The translations under genes and the position numbers were made by a program. This document shows positions 1-6,643 of a DNA stretch of 32,000 nucleotides, piece by piece. The DNA is from Candidatus Baldrarchaeum yapensis. Lineage in GTDB: Archaea > Asgardarchaeota > Baldrarchaeia > Baldrarchaeales > Baldrarchaeaceae. The first letter of the stretch is position 1, and every line of letters begins with the position of its first letter. The DNA lies in NCBI GenBank assembly GCA_016840465.1, contig JAEOSH010000011.1:1-32000 (forward strand), written 5' to 3'. A model generated the notes under the pieces. That model searched no databases and was not told the origin of the DNA. It worked only from the letters and a program-made list of their open reading frames with translations.

Positions 1-25
1 GTATTTAGGGTCTCGGGGGATCGGC

Positions 26-1312
26 TTGTCGCTTGATATGTTTGGCGAGCATCCGAGTAAGAGCATCCGAGGCGTGACTTCACAGGTTCTTGCTGGAAAA
101 AAGATAATCCTTTGTATTACTGGTAGTGTTGCCGCGATCCAAAGCCCGATTATTGCTCGTGAACTTATGAGGCATGGGGCTGAAATTTTTACTGTTATGA
201 CGAGGGATGCCTGTTATCTGATAAAGCCTGAGCTTATGGAGTGGGCAACCGGCAACCCTGTTGTGAAAGAGATCACTGGCAAGATAGAACACATACTATT
301 CGCGGGAGAGCATGAGAAGACGGCGGACTTGGTATTAATAGCCCCCGCAACTGCTAATACGATAAATAAGATTGCATACGGGATTTGTGATACCCCGGTT
401 ACTCTAGTTGCCGCCACAGCGTTGGGGAGTGGCGTTCCTATCGTCATAGTTCCTGCCATGCATACCTCTCTTTATAAGAACCCGATATTGCTTGAGAGCA
501 TTGACAAGCTGAAGAGGCTTGGTGTTATTTTCCTAGGCCCACGGATAGAGGAGGATAAGGCGAAAATTGAGAGAATTGACGTAATCGTGGAAAAAGTTAT
601 AGAGATACTGACCGCAAAGAAAGGAGATCTCAGAGGTATCAAGATTCTTGTCACTGCTGGCCCCACTCGGGAGTACATCGATGCCATTCGATTCATAAGT
701 AATCCGAGCACCGGTAAGATGGGTATAGCCATATGTGAGGAGGCAATTTCTAGAGGTGCTAATGTTACGCTGATATACGGTCCTGGGACGGCGATGCCCC
801 CTCCGGGCATCAGAGTTTTGAGGGTCACGACAACGGAGGAAATGGTAGAGGCCGTAGTATCCGAGTTGAAGAATAACAAGTATGACGTGTTTATCAGCAC
901 CGCGGCTGTCTTAGACTATGGTCCGGAGACCAAGTATGATGAGAAATTGCCTTCAGGACTTACTGATCTTGTTATAAAGTTGAAACCATTGCCTAAGGTT
1001 GTCAATGCGGCAAGAGAGGCTGATCCTGATGTCTTCATAGTTGGATTCAAGGCGGAGTACAATGTTCCAGCAGAGGTTCTTGTGGAACGTGCGTATGATA
1101 AGCTGAGGAAATCAGGGATGGACCTGATAGTAGCTAACGATGTTGGCCGTGAGAAGAGAGGATTTGAGAGCGATACAAACGAGGTTTACATAATAGATCG
1201 AGACAAGAATGTGATACATGTTCCATTAAAGACAAAGAGGGAGGTCGCGCGCGAGATATTAAATGTTGTTGCTGCTAAGCTTCGGGAGAGGAGTAAGCTT
1301 CCCGCCGGGTGA
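26..1312 (+). CDS. coaBC: Bifunctional phosphopantothenoylcysteine decarboxylase / phosphopantothenate-cysteine ligase (CoaBC/Dfp)
   Basis: Flavoprotein N-domain (ILCITGSVAA, IAPATANTINK, IVPAMH) plus synthetase C-domain (LVTAGPTREYIDAIRFISNPSTGKMG, VGFKAE, LIVAND). TTG at 26 follows GGGGGA; in-frame ATG at 38 is an alternative start. Confidence 0.96.
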   Translation: MSLDMFGEHPSKSIRGVTSQVLAGKKIILCITGSVAAIQSPIIARELMRHGAEIFTVMTRDACYLIKPELMEWATGNPVVKEITGKIEHILFAGEHEKTADLVLIAPATANTINKIAYGICDTPVTLVAATALGSGVPIVIVPAMHTSLYKNPILLESIDKLKRLGVIFLGPRIEEDKAKIERIDVIVEKVIEILTAKKGDLRGIKILVTAGPTREYIDAIRFISNPSTGKMGIAICEEAISRGANVTLIYGPGTAMPPPGIRVLRVTTTEEMVEAVVSELKNNKYDVFISTAAVLDYGPETKYDEKLPSGLTDLVIKLKPLPKVVNAAREADPDVFIVGFKAEYNVPAEVLVERAYDKLRKSGMDLIVANDVGREKRGFESDTNEVYIIDRDKNVIHVPLKTKREVAREILNVVAAKLRERSKLPAG

Positions 1313-4300
1313 TCCGTGGCGGTATTAGCATTACAGCAGCCATTGATGCAAGTAGGGATCCTAGGAATGCTATTAGCGAGAGTGTTTTTGCTTCCTTTGG
1401 CAATTTTACGTAAATGATGGTGAAAGAGGCATCATACCCCTCCGCTGCGGCCATAATCGTTATGGGGAGTCCGTCTCGAGGTATTTCGCTCACTCTTATG
1501 GACACGATGTATGTATCGTTTTCGTGAAGAGTTGCAGTGGTGCGCTCTCGGAAGTCTCCGGTCCATGCGAGTACTGTTGCATTTTCGCAGATGCTGGATT
1601 CAGAGGCTAAAACCTCTACCTTTATTTTTGCAACACCACCCCTGATCACTGGTATTGAGATCACTTCGATGTTTTTGATTTTTAATGGTTGTAAGAAAGC
1701 CCACATCAATATGTTTTCCATGAATAGAGTCATGTTGTCTCTGTCGGGCGATGCGGCCATAAATAACATCTTTCCGAGAAAGTATCGGCCAGCTAGTATT
1801 ATCGGCCTTCCTGATTTGTCATACGCCAACACCGACAGATTATGATGATAATTTGCAAAGCAACCATAATATGGGACCTCTGTGATGTTATTTGGATACG
1901 AAAAGATCGGATGTTCGGACAGAAGATCTGCGTAGTTAGCTATCCCATTAGTCGGTTTTGCCGTGACCTGAAGCGGTAGCCAGTCGATATTTGTGTTATA
2001 TGCTCCGAGTATTATTAGAATTCCTCCCATTCTCACGAACTCTTCGAGTTTATCGGCGTATTGCCTAAGATTTTCATCAAAAGTATTAACAATTCCGCTC
2101 TCTACGATTATCACTCTATGTATTTGGAGATTTTCCATGAGGGAGGAGAGTTCATGCTCGATCGAGTATTCTGAGAACGATATTTGCAGAGTTTTGTTAA
2201 TTTCCTCTAGAAGTTTTATGAGGTATCCGCATTTCTCGCTGTAAAGCGCTGCGTATGTTGTCAGTTTGTAGTCGGGAAGATGACCGCCCACGCTAATGAA
2301 TTTTGGTTGCACGAGTTCAGGTTTGGGAGTATTAGGTGTATAAACTTGCAACAACGGATCTCCGAAAAGAACGAACGAAAATGAATAATCATAGCCGTAA
2401 GTTTCTTCCAGGTATATTGGACCCGCAATTCTTGTTAGCGCGCTGAGAGCCTCACCCACCCGGGCTCTCTGTGTAATATGATGGTTCATTTTAACGTCAA
2501 GCCATGCTGCGGGTTCAAATCCCACGGTACGTAGTGGTGCGATGACAAGGGACGCGCCATGCTTGAATAGCGTGTACGGAAGGTTTGACGCACCCACGGT
2601 ACATGCGAGTATTAAGATTACTGTTCCATGTAGGTTTTCCAGGTAGGCATCCAAGTATTCGGCTGATACTATGCGGCAGTTTTCGGGTGGCGGATTAACT
2701 ATTCCGTTCACGCCATCGCTGTAATAGGATTTGTTTTCAAAGTAAAATAAGAGAACTCCTTCAGCATTAGGCCGTACTCCGAATGCGCCACCGTGAGTCG
2801 AGATTATCCAAAGTGTGGGGCCCTCATTTGCGCGGTAAATTACTTCTGTATATCCTATCTGGTAGAGCGGTGTGAATCCTCCATTGACAATCGTTACATT
2901 AACATCCTTGAATTCACTTATTTTCTCATCGGCAAAAGTGCCGTTTTCGAGGTATGCGAGAAATGATAAGAGAGCCTTATCCTTGTTCTTATTGCCCGAA
3001 GCGAGAGCGGGATATAAGGCCTCACGCATTACGAATGCCACTAGTTCTTCACAGGTATATCCGGAAATTCTTCCGACGGGGAATGTTCCAAGAATTGATC
3101 TGTCAATGCTTGGTTCTACCGTCTCTAATGGTGCGATTATAACTATGCTTTTCGGTTTTTGACTCATCAAGCGGGATATTGTCTTGTTAAACTCTTGCGC
3201 TAATCTTTTCATGAGGTAATAATGGGGGACCAGGTAATCGTAGGTATGTGTGGAATCGATATAACCCTCGTATCCGTCGGGGCTTGTTTGCAGTCTAAAA
3301 GTTGCCCATGCGGCATGAATCCAGTCGAGGAATGTTCTGTTTACCGCAATAATGGGTGCACGATGATAAGCCCCCAAGATTGCAGCAGCAGGTATGCATA
3401 TTGGCTCGGGGGCTACTAATATCATTGCCTCTGGGGTTGTGAGATTTAACAAGTAATTGAGGTATGTGCTTACACTCTTTATTATGGTTACTTGAGCATT
3501 TGGGATTGCGTTATGAATTTTCTCCACTAATGAGGTCGAGCATATGTTGTAAATGTCCATTAGCACTACTCTTTTGGTATGCAGTTTGTTCATGGCGTCG
3601 ATTACCGATTCGGGTATATCGTTACATAATACGTACATGAGGGGGGCATTAAGAAATGAAGAGAGAATTGCCGCATTTGCGGAGTTTAGAAGCCATTTTA
3701 ATGCGATTGTGTCGTTTCTTTTAGCCAATGAGATGTTTATGTAGCAGGGAAGGGACGTGATATTGTTCTTGGACCCGATAAGCGCCGTCCAAGTACCTGG
3801 TATCGGTTTATATATCTCAATGTGTTCGAATGTTCCCGTATCGTTGGCCGAAATTCCTGATAAGAGACCATTTGGGCTTATTAAGAACAGATCTAGGTCT
3901 ATTCTCTCGTCGGTCCATTCAAGGGTGACATTTAGCCAGAGCGTCGAGTTATCCACGAGAATTTCCTCTCTGATTCCGGGGTACAGAGTTATGATAATAT
4001 TATTATCACTATATGTGTAGCCTTCCAAGACTTCGAACTTATAGGTGCCAGGCACCGTTGATGGAAACATGAAAGAGGAGTTGGGAACCAATGCATATGA
4101 GATTTCAATACCATTAGGATCACTTATGACGAATCCTATGTCCTTGGTGAGGGATCCTTCTATCCACGAGACGTTACTATCGATTTCAAATGCGCCAGGG
4201 GGGTAATTTATGAGTTTTGTTCTTCGAAGCATGTTTTTAAGCGTGATTTTACACACATTCGTGATTGTTACCTCTTGTAAGGTTTGTTCCTTCAATGGTG

Positions 4301-4865
4301 CTGGTGCAAGTACAACATATTCCGATGAGAACCAATCATAGGTTGCAAGAAGTGCAGACATGTTCTGCAAGTCGCTTTCCCGTAGGATGGAGGTTAAAGA
4401 ATTACTGAGATATTTATTCAGGCTGGTAGGTGGACTCTTCCCCGATAGAGTGAGCACTATTGTTCTCCTGCTTACTCCTTCCTGCGAACATGTGGAGACC
4501 CAGTCATCTAGAAGATATTGCTCTGGTATTCCGCCGTAATACATAATAATAGGCGATATATATGTTTTGTTTGTTGCCGGGTCATGGAATATCGAGAGGG
4601 GGATAGAGGAGATTAGGAGGAGTTCATCGAGAAGAGAGTTTCGGTTTGAGAGCACTATTATCTCGCGTGAAAAGAACGTCACATTATCCTGGTTACGTGA
4701 TGTACCTTCCACGGGCATGAGGTATGTGCGAATCGACATAAGAGAGGATGCCGAGGCCACCGGAAGGATATACGCAACCGATAATACCAACAGTATCAGG
4801 ATACTCGTTTGGAGCATTCTGGCCATAGCCCGTCTAGAGTGTTTGTGCCTGAGCAGGAGAGGCAT
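1275..4865 (-). CDS. Large secreted, C-terminally membrane-anchored protein: cell-wall-binding-2-like repeats, PPC-like beta domains, peptidase C25 (gingipain)-like catalytic domain, class I GATase-like domain, Ig-like domain
   Basis: N-terminal signal (ILILLVLSVAYILPVASA) and C-terminal TM (LSLIAFLGSLLASMAAVMLI). C25-type motifs PVGRI, STHGG, ILACTVG, LFGDP; PPC-like LEWTDERIDLDLFLISPNG...PGTW. Overlaps the coaBC 3' end by 38 nt (convergent). Confidence 0.72.
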   Translation of the reverse strand: MPLLLRHKHSRRAMARMLQTSILILLVLSVAYILPVASASSLMSIRTYLMPVEGTSRNQDNVTFFSREIIVLSNRNSLLDELLLISSIPLSIFHDPATNKTYISPIIMYYGGIPEQYLLDDWVSTCSQEGVSRRTIVLTLSGKSPPTSLNKYLSNSLTSILRESDLQNMSALLATYDWFSSEYVVLAPAPLKEQTLQEVTITNVCKITLKNMLRRTKLINYPPGAFEIDSNVSWIEGSLTKDIGFVISDPNGIEISYALVPNSSFMFPSTVPGTYKFEVLEGYTYSDNNIIITLYPGIREEILVDNSTLWLNVTLEWTDERIDLDLFLISPNGLLSGISANDTGTFEHIEIYKPIPGTWTALIGSKNNITSLPCYINISLAKRNDTIALKWLLNSANAAILSSFLNAPLMYVLCNDIPESVIDAMNKLHTKRVVLMDIYNICSTSLVEKIHNAIPNAQVTIIKSVSTYLNYLLNLTTPEAMILVAPEPICIPAAAILGAYHRAPIIAVNRTFLDWIHAAWATFRLQTSPDGYEGYIDSTHTYDYLVPHYYLMKRLAQEFNKTISRLMSQKPKSIVIIAPLETVEPSIDRSILGTFPVGRISGYTCEELVAFVMREALYPALASGNKNKDKALLSFLAYLENGTFADEKISEFKDVNVTIVNGGFTPLYQIGYTEVIYRANEGPTLWIISTHGGAFGVRPNAEGVLLFYFENKSYYSDGVNGIVNPPPENCRIVSAEYLDAYLENLHGTVILILACTVGASNLPYTLFKHGASLVIAPLRTVGFEPAAWLDVKMNHHITQRARVGEALSALTRIAGPIYLEETYGYDYSFSFVLFGDPLLQVYTPNTPKPELVQPKFISVGGHLPDYKLTTYAALYSEKCGYLIKLLEEINKTLQISFSEYSIEHELSSLMENLQIHRVIIVESGIVNTFDENLRQYADKLEEFVRMGGILIILGAYNTNIDWLPLQVTAKPTNGIANYADLLSEHPIFSYPNNITEVPYYGCFANYHHNLSVLAYDKSGRPIILAGRYFLGKMLFMAASPDRDNMTLFMENILMWAFLQPLKIKNIEVISIPVIRGGVAKIKVEVLASESSICENATVLAWTGDFRERTTATLHENDTYIVSIRVSEIPRDGLPITIMAAAEGYDASFTIIYVKLPKEAKTLSLIAFLGSLLASMAAVMLIPPRITRREAYSSPEA

Positions 4866-4948
4866 GTAGTAATATCCGGTGGACCACTAAATTATTTTTA
4901 TGGGTAACGGACAATAAGTATGGTTACGAAGGGGGTTGGTGATGGACA

Positions 4949-5185
4949 ATGAGCGGAGAGGTAGAGTATAGTGTTAAGGCGATAAGGACCGTTATGAGGG
5001 AGTATCAAGAGAGGCTTATCGAGATATTAAGGAAGTATGGCGTTTCGTCGATAAGGGAATTCCGCGAGATGGTTATGAGAGGGAAAGTGAGAGGGGAGAG
5101 TGCACAAGACGACTTAATAGAGGCTATTTCGATAGGGAGGACGATAAATATACTAAGGGGCATGTTGGAAAGAGCAAGGAAATAA
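4949..5185 (+). CDS. Small helical hypothetical protein (78 aa), resembling archaeal antitoxin-like small proteins
   Basis: GGTGA SD 6 nt before ATG 4949; occupies an otherwise empty gap; pattern KYGVSSIREFREMVMRG...DDLIE. The family resemblance is from memory only. Confidence 0.6.
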   Translation: MSGEVEYSVKAIRTVMREYQERLIEILRKYGVSSIREFREMVMRGKVRGESAQDDLIEAISIGRTINILRGMLERARK

Positions 5186-5353
5186 TATGGCTAGTTTGGT
5201 GGGCATAGAACGTTTTGTTTTCAAAAAGGACATGTACTTTTAGAATAGAACCAAATCTGCCCATAAGTGGCGCAACTTGTTCGGGAGAAAATTATCCGAA
5301 TCGGTTTAATTCTGAAAATGATGTGTCTGGTCTAATGTGATCAAGTGAAAAAC

Positions 5354-5361
5354 TTTAAAAT
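5354..5361 (+). promoter_or_regulatory. Candidate TATA box (TTTAAAAT) with A-rich BRE-like sequence upstream of speD
   Basis: GAAAAAC-TTTAAAAT lies about 75 nt before the speD ATG at 5435. Confidence 0.4.
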
Positions 5362-5434
5362 TGGAATATGTAGGATTACATGCCAACGTCTACATACAAA
5401 TTATGGTAAAAAGAGATCTAAGGAGAGATCGGCA

Positions 5435-5848
5435 ATGAAGGGATTAGGGTGGCATGTAATTGCGGAACTTTCCGGAGTGGATCCAAAGGTTCTTGACGAT
5501 GAGCAGTTATTGATCAAAATAATGGTCGAGGCTGCGAAAAAGGCAGGGCTTACGGTACTTGCAACGAAAACCCACAAGTTTTCACCGCAGGGAGTCAGTG
5601 CGGTTGTAATAGTTTCAGAAAGTCATCTCTTCATACATACGTGGCCGGAGTTCGGATACGCCGCGTTAGATGTCTTCAGCTGTAAGGACGAAGAGAGTAC
5701 ATGGACGGCGTACAATGAAATTGTCAAAAAGTTGCGGCCACGCGGCGTACAGGTGATAATGATAAAGCGTGGAATGTTACAGAGGCAGGAACTGCCAGTG
5801 CCCCCGCTTGGGCAGGAGGGTTATCAAATTGAGCAGTTGCAGCGATGA
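5435..5848 (+). CDS. speD: Pyruvoyl-dependent S-adenosylmethionine decarboxylase proenzyme (SpeD/SpeH family; arginine decarboxylase paralogue not excluded)
   Basis: GWHVIAEL start, HKFSPQGVSAVVIVSESH self-cleavage motif, IHTWPEFGYAALDVFSC. True start is probably ATG 5435 after AAGGAG, not the ORF-track start at 5345. Confidence 0.9.
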   Translation: MKGLGWHVIAELSGVDPKVLDDEQLLIKIMVEAAKKAGLTVLATKTHKFSPQGVSAVVIVSESHLFIHTWPEFGYAALDVFSCKDEESTWTAYNEIVKKLRPRGVQVIMIKRGMLQRQELPVPPLGQEGYQIEQLQR

Positions 5849-6014
5849 TGAAGATGCGCAACTGAGAAGCAATGTAATTACAGAGATAATTCACAGAATC
5901 GAAAGGATGTTTTGGTTATTTGGGAGTATATATGAGGATAATGTAAACAATGTAAACTTTGTATAAGAATTGTATTGTTAAGTCTACTTTTAGTGCTCTT
6001 GATACCCATCTATT

Positions 6015-6620
6015 CTATCTTGATGAAAGGGCAATTCTCTCGATTTCGTCTTTCCTTCGGATGGCATAACTTCTGGAGTCGCCCATAGCGGCGTATATTA
6101 TTTCGTCCGCAAGGCACTCCTCTATTGGCTTCACATTATTAAATGCCGCAAGTGTTGCTCCCTGTACGAGAAAGCGTAGTGCCAAGTCAACTCTTCTTTG
6201 TGGAGCAACGTCGACCGCTACATGGTATCGTATTCCACCGTAGGTGACGGTAGTTGTTTCCTCGCGTGGAGCGGCATTCTCTATTGCGCGTACGAGCACC
6301 TGGATGGGGTTTTCACCGGTCTTTAGGTGTATGATTTCAAATGCCGCCTTAACGATATTCATCGCTTTATGCTTTTTACCGGAGCATCTTCCCTTCTTAA
6401 GGACCCTTCCACCACGTCCCTTGGCGAGACCGGGGTTCATGAGCTTGTTTATCAATCGTTCAACTATGGGGACTTCTGCCTTTCTAAACCTAGTTTTAGC
6501 ATGTCTTCCACACGTGTGAGGTATGAAAACGGGTTTGAGGCATATATACCGCTTGAGCCCGGGATCCCTTACTTCTATTCCTTCAAAGCTCCACTTTCCG
6601 AATAGTTTTATTTCCGTCAT
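6015..6620 (-). CDS. rps7: 30S ribosomal protein uS7 (archaeal type)
   Basis: KLFGKW, VEVRDPGL-like, [58 protein letters not shown]; GGTGA SD upstream. Confidence 0.98.
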   Translation of the reverse strand: MTEIKLFGKWSFEGIEVRDPGLKRYICLKPVFIPHTCGRHAKTRFRKAEVPIVERLINKLMNPGLAKGRGGRVLKKGRCSGKKHKAMNIVKAAFEIIHLKTGENPIQVLVRAIENAAPREETTTVTYGGIRYHVAVDVAPQRRVDLALRFLVQGATLAAFNNVKPIEECLADEIIYAAMGDSRSYAIRRKDEIERIALSSR

Positions 6621-6643
6621 CAGATCATCACCTTAGGTGAGCG

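Noticed and set aside
440-580. CoaC domain has PAMH and lacks the bacterial Cys-containing substrate clamp
   Set aside because: To my knowledge this is the usual archaeal CoaBC pattern, not evidence of inactivation.
2509-2525. tRNA T-arm-like GGGTTCAAATCCC
   Set aside because: No acceptor stem, D-arm or anticodon arm around it; it lies antisense within the 1196-aa CDS (encoding VGFEPA).
5345-5434. 30-aa N-terminal extension of SpeD in the ORF track
   Set aside because: Family similarity starts at MKGLGWH (5435), which has an SD; the extension covers the probable promoter.
5938-5958. Tandem AATGTAAAC x2
   Set aside because: Only two short copies in AT-rich DNA; not a CRISPR array or meaningful repeat.
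5769-5966. 65-aa Cys-rich ORF overlapping the speD 3' end
   Set aside because: Out-of-frame overlap, no SD, no recognisable motif; runs into an AT-rich convergent gap.
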